64,000 nt of DNA from Balanoglossus misakiensis (Eukaryota; Animalia; Hemichordata), in NCBI GenBank assembly GCA_040954595.2, contig CM082578.2:339740-403739 (forward strand), read 5' to 3'. The notes beneath the pieces are model-generated. The model did no database searches. It saw only the letters and a list, made by a program, of their open reading frames with translations, and had not been told where the DNA came from. The position numbers and the translations under genes were made by a program. Positions 1 through 11,376 of the stretch are shown piece after piece. Numbering within the stretch: the first letter of the stretch is position 1; each line of letters starts with the position of its first letter.

Positions 1-1018
1 TCCCCCCCCCCTACATAACATGCGGTCTGCCGATGTCAGTTTACCCGGCAGTACTGCAGGCCGTGCCCCCAACTAACGTCGGTGTTTGAAACGCCCTGGT
101 TAAATTCGAGCTTTCTCTACAAATTGACAGGCAATAATGCAGTCCTACCCGAACAAATGTCGAGTGTTGACCCGCTGTGACTTTCCCTCTTCGGTTTGCC
201 CGACTTAGCCAACGTCTTTGTACTAGAGTGTCAGGTCTTTTGCAGAGCCAGGCCGAAGGAAATCCGACTTGATCACCGTTGCTAACGAACGCTAGTGTCT
301 GTCATGGTGTGCCGGGGTTTTAGTCGAGCCAGGCCGTAGGAGATCTGACTTGATCATCGTGGTCAATGTACGCGTGTTTCCGCTCTAAAGTGCCGGGGCT
401 TCAGCTAAACCAGGCCGTAGGAAATCCGACGTAATCACCGTTGATAACTTACGCCAGTCTGTGTCATATAGAGCCGGTGCACCAGCCGAGTCACGCCGTA
501 GGAAATCTGACTTGATCAACGTGGTCAATGTACGCCTGTTTCTGCTCTAGAGTGCCGGGGCTTCAGCTGAGCCAGGCCGTAGGAAACCCGACGTGATTAC
601 CGTTGTTAACTTACGCCAGTCTGTGTCCTATATATAGTGCCGGGGCATCAGCCGTGCCAGGCCGAAGGAAATGTGAGTAGATCAACGTGGTCTCTGTACG
701 CGTGTTTCTGCTCTACAGTGCCAGGGCTTTAGCCAAGCCATGCCGTAGGAAATCTGACTTGATCAACGTTGCTAACGAACGCTAGTGTCTGTCATAGTGT
801 GCCGGGGTTTCAGTTGAGCCAAGCCGTAGGAGATCAGACTTGATCAACCTGGTCTCTGTACGCGTGTTTCTGCTCTAGAGTGCCGGGGCTTTATCCAAGC
901 CATGCCGTAGAAAATCTGACTTGATCACCGTTGCTAACGTACGCTAGTGTCTGTCATATTGTGACGGAGATTTAGCCGAGCCAGGCCCTAGAAAAATCGA
1001 CTTGTTCAACGTTACCAG
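1..1018 (-). repeat. Partial unit of the ~2.05-kb composite macrosatellite, reverse orientation (poly-C, unique segment, ten 81-bp monomers)
   Basis: A gccg(t/a)agga-type motif recurs at 252, 333, 414, 495, 576, 661, 742, 823, 904 and 985 (81-bp period, one 85). The segment is the reverse complement of the array units after 7737. Confidence 0.95.
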
Positions 1019-1405
1019 TGTAGTAACCTCGATGTGCCGTCTCAAATGGCGCCCTAATTCACATCAAAGGCCACAGGGTTCTATAGTATTTGCCGTTAAC
1101 TAACTGGAGCTCACCATCGCCGACGAACATTCCTTGTCAGATGTCACATAAAACGCTGCTCGGAACTTTACACGAACATTTAATGACTGAACATACAACA
1201 CTGGCACTGGATGATGCGTCGCGGTGGTTGAAGTTTCCGTAGAAAACTGGCAAAAATCCCCAGGCTAACTGTGCAAAAGTCCTCACATGTGCGCCATGGA
1301 ATTTTCCAGATATTTTCTAAACAAAAGCGCATGCGCTAATGTACTCACAGCGCGAGGGCGCTAGACTAAATATTTCAGTTTCTCTAAGAACTGGGCGTCC
1401 TTACA
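1019..1405 (-). repeat. 3' LTR (387 bp) of BEL/Pao element 1, left-arm copy
   Basis: Reverse complement of 7350-7736. TGTA...TACA termini; abuts satellite at 1018. Confidence 0.8.
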
Positions 1406-1773
1406 CCAGCCCCCAAATTGTTCATGAAAAAACATTAACAATTTCCATCCTAGCAAATTCAAAACGCCAACATCCATATGTGCCGAAATTACATATCAAA
1501 TAGAAATTACAAAACAATATCTATAAATATCTCGAAACGCGAAGTCGAAAGTTTTTCAGGAAACGCGAATACAAGAATCCTTTTCTTCATGAATGTGATG
1601 ATACATCCTTGACCATGCCCAGACCTCGTCCGGTCAATCATGCTGCCAAGCATGATATCCAACACATCTGTACTTCAAAGATGAGATCAAACGCTGGACG
1701 TAGTGGATAGACTGGCCACTACTTGAGATCGTTGTTATTACAGCTGCTGGTAACTGCAACCATACCAATACCA

Positions 1774-4700
1774 CTAAGTCTGTGCTTCCAGCAATGTGCA
1801 CAACTTATCATATGGTCTTTCTAAAACACTGGATCTGGTCTTCACCAATACTCGTCTCACCACCCCTTTCCGATCAGGCATAACTTTGACGATTACACCC
1901 AAAGGCCACGCATTTCTGGAGGTGTTCTCATCCTTTTCCAATACAAATCTGACAGATACTGCACTTGCTTCCATCTGTGTACAGCATACAAGTCGTTCTT
2001 CTCCGTCACACCAGGGGGTGTTGCTGCTCCCTTCATAGTAAGCAACATACTGGGTGTCAATGCTTTTAAGTCTCTAACGTCGTCCGACGATACTGTAATC
2101 TCATGCGGTCCATCTGTACGACGACTTTTGTTCTTGGCACATCTCAACAATGTGTCACCCACTTTACGTATCCAGGCCACTGCTTTCTTCAGTTTATACC
2201 AACTGGAGTAGTGGTCTATCATTTTCTGAACCGTCTCCTCCGCATTAACGGACATGGATCGATCCGCCCCTTTGTCAGGCGTCTGTCGTTCTCCCGAAAC
2301 AACAGGTACTGTTCCCAACACAACGGGTACAGTTTCTTCTTCCGACCTCAAGGCTATTCTATGCACTAGTGCAGATTTCTTCACCTCTGGATCTTCTGGA
2401 TCTAGCTGTGTATTGTAGCTATCACTTGGCCATTTGTCTTGTGTCTTCCGCAAGAAATCAGGACCACCTATCCATCTTTCGTTCTTCAGAAAAGCATCTG
2501 CCGGGTTGTCACTGGTATTAATGTAGCGCCAGTTCGCTGGGTCTGATCCTCCTCGAATCACTGCTAGTCTATTCGCCACGAAGGTATGAAATCTTGTGGT
2601 TTCGTTGTTTATGTACCGCAGCACGGTTTTGCTATCCGTCCAAAACACGGATTCATTGATTGGCAAATCCATCTCCTTTCTGAGAAGTTTGTCAAGCCTC
2701 ACTGCTACAGTAGCTGCAGTTAATTCCATTCGTGGGATCGATATTTGCTTCAATGGAGCCACTCTTGCTTTGGCCATCATCAAAGTGCTGTGGATGTTTC
2801 CGCTTTTGTCGATCAACCTAAGATATGATACAGCGCCATATCCATTTTCGCTGGCATCAGCAAAGTGATGTAGCTGAGCTGTGTCTACTTCACCAAAGTG
2901 CTCGGGCTTTATACATCTGGGTACTGCGAAACACTCTTCTAATTTCGGTAGATCCCTCAACCAATTCTCCCACACTTTGCGTTGTTTTCCAGGAATATCA
3001 TCATCCCAGCCTAGTTTTGCTTTACACAGCTGCTGCAAAAGCATCTTGGGTGGCAGAAGCGCTGGTGCTGCCATGCCCAGTGGGTCGTATAATGAACTAA
3101 CCACTCCTAGAATTCCTCGTCTGGTCGCTGGTTTCTCTTTAGTACGATTTCTGAATCCGAATTCGTCAGATTCCACGTTCCACTGCATACCGAGTGCATG
3201 CTCCATTGGCAAGTCATCTCGCTCCAAGTCTAAGTTCTTCACCTCTATCGCCCTTTGTTCTTCAGGTATTGCTTCCAAAACTGGACGCGTATTGCTGATC
3301 CACTTTGTGAGCTTGAACCCTGATTTCTTACAGGTGTCTGTCAGCCCTTCAGCCAAAGACTTTCCTTCCATCACTGTTGATGCTGCCTTCAACATGTCAT
3401 CAACGTAGAAGTTTCTAGATATGGTGTTCTTGACACTCAGATCAGAAGTATTGTCTGAAGCATTCTTCAACGCGAAGTTTGCACAACTGGGTGACGATGT
3501 AGCCCCGAAGATGTGCACTGTCATTCGGTACTCGACAGGAGGTTCCTCTACATTACCATTAGGCCACCACAGAAAACGCTGGAAATCTCGGTTTTCTTGC
3601 GACACGCCAACTTGAGAGAACATAGCCTCTATATCTGACATCAGTGCTATCCGCTCTTCACGAAAACGTATAAGCACTCCTACAAGTGAACTGGTCAGAT
3701 CCGGTCCTTGCATTAATTCCTTGTTCAAAGAAGTTCCCTTGTATTCTGCACCACAGTCGAAGACTACCCGGATTTTCTGTTTCTGTGGATGGTATACTCC
3801 ATGATGGGGAAGATACCATTTCTTTCCAGGATTGCCTTCCAATTCTTCCTGTGGCACCCTTTCAGCATAGCCTTTGTCTATAATACTTTCCATGAAGGTA
3901 GTATATTCTTGACGATAGTCATCGTTGTTTCTAAATTTCTTTCCCAACTGAGAAAGCCGATATTCTACTGCCACTTTGTTGTTTGGCATCGTAACACCGT
4001 CATCACGAAACGGTAATGGCACCTGGTAATGACCATCAACAAACTGCGTTTGTTCGTACGCAATCTTCATGAACTTTCTATCTTCAACCGAATCTTCGGG
4101 TTTGTCATCTATGATGCGCTCGCTGAACTCGTGATTGAAGTGGTTGATTAACTGCTGATCAATCGCCGGTCCAACTTGTATTCTACAGACTGTTGCGGCA
4201 GTTTCATTTTCTGACACGCCAGCCCCCGTAAGGAAACCATTTACGAACCAGCCTAAACGGGTACGTACGGCAAATGGTCCATCTCCATTACTGTTTATCA
4301 CTTCCCATGGTTCAAACGCTTCAGGAACGTTACCACCGATGAGTAGGCCTATTTCCGCATCTATCTCAGGCAGGCGTACCTTACGCAAATAAGGATACTT
4401 GCCAATGTCATCTTGTGTAACGATGAGATCTTTCGAAGCAGGAATTTTCTCTTGCGTATATGTAGCTGGAAGTTTGATGATGTAATGCTCATCAAGATCT
4501 GAAACTTCTGGACCCTTGATAACACGACTATCAGCTGATTTACTTCCAGTGATAGTGTTCAGCATAATCTTTGTTTTCTTACCACCGACGTTCAGTTGTC
4601 GGCGAAGTGTTTCCGTACAGAATACTGTGTCACTGCCGTTGTCAATAAAGGCGTACGTTTGTACACTAAGACCACTCGATCTACATTTGACCTTGGTCAT
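1774..4700 (-). pseudogene. BEL/Pao pol remnant: aspartic protease, RT, RNase H; integrase core deleted; C-terminal integrase tail in another frame
   Basis: ORF 1893-4700: AFIDNGSDTVF (protease), YLPHHGV/KIRVVFD/FYVDD (RT), HFADASENGYGAV..FWTDS (Pao RNase H). It jumps directly to the post-catalytic LTPSMLL/RWKQVQYL segment. ORF 1774-1974 carries the WPLGVIV..ERPYDKLC tail. Confidence 0.92.
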
Positions 4701-6981
4701 TACCAGGTGCCATTACCGTTTCGTGATGACGGTGTTACGATGCCAAACAACAAAGTGGCAGTAGAATATCGGCTTTCTCAGTTGGGAAAGAAATTTAGAA
4801 ACAACGATGACTATCGTCAAGAATATACTACCTTCATGGAAAGTATTATAGACAAAGGCTATGCTGAAAGGGTGCCACAGGAAGAATTGGAAGGCAATCC
4901 TGGAAAGAAATGGTATCTTCCCCATCATGGAGTATACCATCCACAGAAACAGAAAATCCGGGTAGTCTTCGACTGTGGTGCAGAATACAAGGGAACTTCT
5001 TTGAACAAGGAATTAATGCAAGGACCGGATCTGACCAGTTCACTTGTAGGAGTGCTTATACGTTTTCGTGAAGAGCGGATAGCACTGATGTCAGATATAG
5101 AGGCTATGTTCTCTCAAGTTGGCGTGTCGCAAGAAAACCGAGATTTCCAGCGTTTTCTGTGGTGGCCTAATGGTAATGTAGAGGAACCTCCTGTCGAGTA
5201 CCGAATGACAGTGCACATCTTCGGGGCTACATCGTCACCCAGTTGTGCAAACTTCGCGTTGAAGAAAGCTCCAGACAATACTTCTGATCTGAGTGTCAAG
5301 AACACCATATCTAGAAACTTCTACGTTGATGACATGTTGAAGGCAGCATCAACAGTGATGGAAGGAAAGTCTTTGGCTGAAGGGCTGACAGACACCTGTA
5401 AGAAATCAGGGTTCAAGCTCACAAAGTGGATCAGCAATACGCGTCCAGTTTTGGAAGCAATACCTGAAGAACAAAGGGCGATAGAGGTGAAGAACTTAGA
5501 CTTGGAGCGAGATGACTTGCCAATGGAGCATGCACTCGGTATGCAGTGGAACGTGGAATCTGACGAATTCGGATTCAGAAATCGTACTAAAGAGAAACCA
5601 GCGACCAGACGAGGAATTCTGGGAGTGGTTAGTTCATTATACGACCCACTGGGCATGGCAGCACCAGCGCTTCTGCCACCCAAGATGCTTTTGCAGCAGC
5701 TGTGTAAAGCAAAACTAGGCTGGGATGATGATATTCCTGGAAAACAACGCAAAGTGTGGGAGAATTGGTTGAGGGATCTACCGAAATTAGAAGAGTGTTT
5801 CGCAGTACCCAGATGTATAAAGCCCGAGCACTTTGGTGAAGTAGACACAGCTCAGCTACATCACTTTGCTGATGCCAGCGAAAATGGATATGGCGCTGTA
5901 TCATATCTTAGGTTGATCGACAAAAGCGGAAACATCCACAGCACTTTGATGATGGCCAAAGCAAGAGTGGCTCCATTGAAGCAAATATCGATCCCACGAA
6001 TGGAATTAACTGCAGCTACTGTAGCAGTGAGGCTTGACAAACTTCTCAGAAATGAGGTGGATTTGCCAATCAATGAATCCGTGTTTTGGACGGATAGCAA
6101 AACCGTGCTGCGGTACATAAACAACAAAACCACAATATTTCATACCTTCGTGGCGAATAGACTAGCAGTGATTCGAGGAGGATCAGACCCAGCGAACTGG
6201 CGCTACATTAATACCAGTGACAACCCGGCAGATGAGTGCTCTAGAGGTCAGAAAATAGATGCTTTTCTGAAGAACGAAAGATGGATAGGTGGTCCTGATT
6301 TCTTGCGGAAGACACAAGACAAATGGCCAAGTGATAGCTACAATACACAGCTAGATCCAGAAGATCCAGAGGTGAAGACATCTGCACTAGTGCATAGAAT
6401 AGCCTTGAGGTCGGAAGAAGAAACTGTACCCGTTGTGTTGGGAACAGTACCTGTTGTTTCGGGAGAACGACAGACGCCTGACAAAGGGGCGGATCGATCC
6501 ATGTCCGTTAATGCGGAGGAGACGGTTCAGAAAATGATAGACCACTACTCCAGTTGGTATAAACTGAAGAAAGCAGTGGCCTGGATACGTAAAGTGGGTG
6601 ACACATTGTTGAGATGTGCCAAGAACAAAAGTCGTCGTACAGATGGACCGCATGAGATTACAGTATCGTCGGACGACGTTAGAGACTTAAAAGCATTGAC
6701 ACCCAGTATGTTGCTTACTATGAAGGGAGCAGCAACACCCCCTGGTGTGACGGAGAAGAACGACTTGTATGCTGTACACAGATGGAAGCAAGTGCAGTAT
6801 CTGTCAGATTTGTATTGGAAAAGGATGAGAACACCTCCACAAATGCGTGGCCTTGGGTGTAATCGTCAAAGTTATGCCTGATCGGAAAGGGGTGGTGAGA
6901 CGAGTATTGGTGAAGACCAGATCCAGTGTTTTAGAAAGACCATATGATAAGTTGTGCACATTGCTGGAAGCACAGACTTAG
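4694..6981 (+). pseudogene. Inverted duplicate of BEL/Pao pol remnant (RT-RNase H to C-terminal tail)
   Basis: Near-identical to the minus copy from GHYQVPLPF onward. Retains 27 bp (ECSRGQKID) missing from the left arm, with a few substitutions and a 1-bp indel near 6853. Confidence 0.92.
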
Positions 6982-7349
6982 TGGTATTGGTATGGTTGCA
7001 GTTACCAGCAGCTGTAATAACAACGATCTCAAGTAGTGGCCAGTCTATCCACTACGTCCAGCGTTTGATCTCATCTTTGAAGTACAGATGTGTTGGATAT
7101 CATGCTTGGCAGCATGATTGACCGGACGAGGTCTGGGCATGGTCTAGGATGTATCATCACATTCATGAAGAAAAGGATTCTTGTATTCGCGTTTCCTGAA
7201 AAACTTTCGACTTCGCGTTTCGAGATATTTATAGATATTGTTTTGTAATTTCTATTTGATATGTAATTTCGGCACATATGGATGTTGGCGTTTTGAATTT
7301 GCTAGGATGGAAATTGTTAATGTTTTTTCATGAACAATTTGGGGGCTGG

Positions 7350-7736
7350 TGTAAGGACGCCCAGTTCTTAGAGAAACTGAAATATTTAGTCTAGCGCCCT
7401 CGCGCTGTGAGTACATTAGCGCATGCGCTTTTGTTTAGAAAATATCTGGAAAATTCCATGGCGCACATGTGAGGACTTTTGCACAGTTAGCCTGGGGATT
7501 TTTGCCAGTTTTCTACGGAAACTTCAACCACCGCGACGCATCATCCAGTGCCAGTGTTGTATGTTCAGTCATTAAATGTTCGTGTAAAGTTCCGAGCAGC
7601 GTTTTCTGTGACATCCGACAAGGAATGTTCGTCGGCTATGGTGAGCTCCAGTTAGTTAACGGCAAATACTATAGAACCCTGTGGCCTTTGATGTGAATTT
7701 GGGCGCCATTTGAGACGGCACATCGAGGTTACTACA
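7350..7736 (+). repeat. 3' LTR (387 bp) of BEL/Pao element 1
   Basis: Preceded by a PPT-like GGGGGCTGG (7341-7349). Starts TGTAAG and ends ACTACA; ATTAAA at 7571. Satellite resumes at CTGGTAACG (7737). Confidence 0.8.
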
Positions 7737-9939
7737 CTGGTAACGTTGAACAAGTCGATTTTTCTAGGGCCTGGCTCGGCTAAATCTCCGTCACAATATG
7801 ACAGACACTAGCGTATGTTAGCAACGGTGATCAAGTCAGATTTTCTACGGCATGGCTTGGATAAAGCCCCGGCACTCTAGAGCAGAAACACGCGTACAGA
7901 GACCACGTTGATCAAGTCTGATCTCCTACGGCTTGGCACGGCTGATGCCCCGGCACTATATATAGGACACAGACTGGCGTAAGTTAACAACGGTGATTAC
8001 GTCGGATTTCCTATGGCCTGGTTTAGCTGAAGCCCCGGCACTTTAGAGCGGAAACACGCGTACATTGACCACGATGATCAAGTCAGATCTCCTATGGCCT
8101 GGCTCGACTAAAACCCCGGCACACCATGACAGACACTAGCGTTCGTTAGCAACGGTGATCAAGTCGGATTTCCTTCGGCCTGGCTCTGCAAAAGACCTGA
8201 CACTCTAGTACAAAGACGTTGGCTAAGTCGGGCAAACCGAAGAGGGAAAGTCACAGCGGGTCAACACTCGACATTTGTTCGGGTAGGACTGCATTATTGC
8301 CTGTCAATTTATAGAGAAAGCTCGAATTTAACCAGGGCGTTTCAAACACCGACGTTAGTTGGGGGCACGGCCTGCAGTACTGCCGGGTAAGCTGACATCG
8401 GCGTACCGCATGTAATGTAGGGGGGGGGAGGGAAACAGAACGGTTCAATGCTACATTTATCAGATATCAGCTAATTTTGGACAATCATCTAAAATCTAAA
8501 TCATTTTTTCATATTTGGATATCTGATGATGTATGAAATTTCCATTATATGTAAAAATGGTGCTGATTATAAAAATGCACTCTGAATGAGCTGATTTAAT
8601 ACAAAATTGCGTTTTATTCGTTTTTGAACCAAAAAGGTCATTTTTAGGCAAAACATTCTTTATTTTTTAATTCGGTGACCTGATCATATATAAACAATTG
8701 CTTGTATGTTAAAAGTTTTTCTGACTTTTAAAAGCAGTGACACTGGCGGCATTCAACACGAAAATAACAATTTTAGCCACAATTTGGTCAAAATGGTAAA
8801 TTTTTGAAAATTACAAAAAATACCTGTTTTCTACATTTTCGGAAATCTGATGGAGTATAGAATGCTCTTCGTATCTATATATATCGATACAAATTCCACA
8901 AAAGACCGTCTAATTTGGCTCACTGCAGACAAATTGCGTTTTACCAAATTTTCCTTGAAAATGTCATTTTTAGAAAAAAAATAAAAAAACCTTTGTTCTT
9001 CGAATTTGGTGCCCTGATCATATATGACATGTTGATTGTATGTTAAAACTTTCGACCACTCCAAAAATGCAGAGATATTGACGGAATTCAAGAAAAAATA
9101 GCCATTTTGGCCATATTTTGACAAAAATGGTAAATTTTAAAAAAATCTTAAAAAATTAACTCTTTTCTTCATTTTCGGAAATATTATGGAGCATGAAGTG
9201 TCGTTCTCTTGTAAAAAGTGCTGCAAATTCCAGAAAAGGCGGTATAATTTGAATCACCCAAGTCAAAATTACCATTTTCGACATTTTCCGAAAAATTGTC
9301 TTTTTTACAAAATAAAAAAGAATAAATTCTTTTCTTAGTTTCAAACGGGTAGAGATACTTTCCACACGGGTTTTCTTACATTGAATTCCCGTTCATCAAC
9401 TCAGATTTCCTACAGCATAAGTCGGCTAAAACCCCGGCACTCTAGAGCAGAAACACGCGTACAGAGATCACGTTGATCAAGTCTGATCTCCTACGGCTTG
9501 GCTCGACTAAAACCCCGGCACACTATGACAGACACTAGCGTTCGTTAGCAACGTTGATCAAGTCAGATTTCCTACGGCATGGCTTGGCTAAAGCCCTGGC
9601 ACTCTAGAGCAGAAACACGCGTACAGAGACCACGTTGATCTACTCACATTTCCTTCGGCCTGGCACGGCTGATGCCCCGGCACTATATATAGGACGCAGA
9701 CTGGCGTAAGTTAACAACGGTAATCACGTCGGGTTTCCTACGGCCTGGCTCAGCTGAAGCCCCGGCACTCTAGAGCAGAAACAGGCGTACATTGACCACG
9801 TTGATCAAGTCAGATTTCCTACGGCGTGACTCGGCTGGTGCACCGGCTCTATATGACACAGACTGGCGTAAGTTATCAACGGTGATTACGTCGGATTTCC
9901 TACGGCCTGGTTTAGCTGAAGCCCCGGCACTTTAGAGCG
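7737..9939 (+). repeat. Composite macrosatellite, ~1 unit with monomer deletions
   Basis: 81-bp monomers, poly-G at ~8420, AT-rich segment ~8440-9400, then monomers again. Confidence 0.95.
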
Positions 9940-10866
9940 AGACGTTCTTTGCCGAGTAGGATGCTGTCAGACAACGCATCGACTTATTTATCGGCTGCCA
10001 ATGAAATCAAAACACTGTTTGATACGCCAGAAGTAAATGACTTTCTCGCCGCACATCGTGTACAATGGACGTTTATACCGAAGCGCGCGACCTGGTTTGG
10101 TGGCTTCTGGGAGAGGCTGATTGCTTTGACAAAGAACGCTATTAGGAAAACTCTCGGTCGAGCTAACCTAACCTTTGATGAACTCGCAACAGTTGTGACT
10201 GAAATTGAAGCCGTTTTAAACGACAGGCCGTTAACGTACGTGTCATCCAGTATAAACGACAACATTGGATTGACCCCAAATCACTTGCTACATGGCAGGA
10301 CACTGACATCATTGCCGTACATCGAGATCACCGACGAAGAGGTGATTGACCCATCTTACTGTGATAATCGTGAAATCAACAAAAGATATGAACATCTATC
10401 AAGATTACACGATCAATTTTGGCGAAGATGGTCGTCCGATTATCTGACTGCCCTACGTGAACGACATCCCACCAAAGGAACTCGTGATAATGTCATCAAG
10501 GTCGGAGATGTCGTGATAATACACAGTGACACTGACAAACGTCCGAAATGGCATTTAGGAACTGTAACAAGGTTGATCTTCGGTAATGATAAACTGGTAC
10601 GATCTGCGGAGTTGAACACCGCAGGTGGTCCTACAAACCGACCTATCCATAAATTGTACCCATTGGAAGTTGTCTCCAAGGAGCTGTCAACTGTGTCTGG
10701 AGATAATACAGGTATTGGAGCAGATTCCAACACGAATACTGAAACAGTCGACACAGCTGGAGCCTCTGAAGATTCCTCGGTGAAGGCGGATGTTGTACCC
10801 CCGAGACGACCTGTCAGAGACTCTGCAGTTGCCGCTCGAGTACGAATAGCGGATCTCTCTATTTGA
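9940..10866 (+). pseudogene. BEL/Pao integrase C-terminal fragment
   Basis: RRSLPSRMLSDNAST, FIPKRATWFGGFWERL, EIEAVLNDRPL, LTPNHLL, FWRRWSSDYL, RPIHKLYPLE. The N-terminal zinc finger and first catalytic Asp are absent. Confidence 0.92.
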
Positions 10867-11040
10867 CTTTGAAATTGGAAAACAATTTCGATCGCATTGT
10901 GACTGTTATCATGTTTACTGACACAATGAACATTAGTTTATTATCCTTGAACACTTTAGGTGACTTTAATCATATTTCATGTTATTTGATGTTTTTTTTT
11001 TTCTGACGATTTTCGAGACTTTCCTTTGCGCGGGGGAGAA

Positions 11041-11376
11041 TATGGAGAAGTGAGAGATTTACTCCAGAAGGATCACGTGACGGAAACTCTTACCCTATCA
11101 GAGTTGACTTTGTTTCCCGCCAAACTTTATACTTGTAGCAGATTTATTGTAATTTTTGAGTGTTTGCTCCGGCGTTCGTGGGACTTATATATAACCCAGT
11201 TTTGGCGCTTTCGGGCAGCATTTTCTAAGGAGCTCTGTGGTGTTACTTTGTTGTTGGATTCAGATGGTAATAAACCAGTGTTTTACCTAGCACTGAATCG
11301 TTCGCTTCTTTTCCGACGTCAGTATACTCGAACCCCCTCCCGGGAGTATTGATCACTGCCACGATACTTCCCCACA
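11041..11376 (+). repeat. 3' LTR (336 bp) of BEL/Pao element 2
   Basis: Start TATGGAGAAG is an imperfect inverted match to end CTTCCCCACA. AATAAA at 11269; directly follows the PPT. Confidence 0.75.

Larger units (their letters stand above)
1..8430. repeat. Large inverted duplication (arms <=4035 and >=4694, 658-bp spacer)
   Basis: 4025-4035 GGTAATGACCA is the reverse complement of 4694-4704. ORFs mirror each other (3789-4016+ vs 4713-4940-, coordinate sum 8729). The arms contain the pol remnant, LTR and satellite. Confidence 0.95.
9940..11376 (+). mobile_element. BEL/Pao element 2, 5'-deleted (integrase 3' part, PPT, 3' LTR)
   Basis: Abrupt junction with satellite at 9939/9940. Integrase ORF followed by PPT GGGGGAGAA (11032-11040) and an LTR; satellite resumes at 11377. 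Confidence 0.88.

Noticed and set aside
240-1018. Regularly spaced repeats resembling a CRISPR array
   Set aside because: The intervening sequences are homologous to each other (81-bp monomers), there are no cas genes, and the context is eukaryotic.
4596-4693. Novel N-terminus on the 761-aa ORF
   Set aside because: It is antisense protease sequence in the palindrome spacer, open by chance, with a non-ATG start.
1-8430. Palindromes as assembly or read chimeras
   Set aside because: The arms differ by discrete indels and substitutions and have defined spacers. An artefact is unlikely but not excluded without raw reads.
8385-8480. GGTAAG plus AATTTTGG in each unit as a possible spliced-leader RNA gene
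   Set aside because: The AATTTTGG is a variant of a motif shared by the AT-rich subrepeats, a variable poly-G lies between the two motifs, and I see no convincing SL stem-loops. No snRNA, tRNA or 5S gene was recognised.
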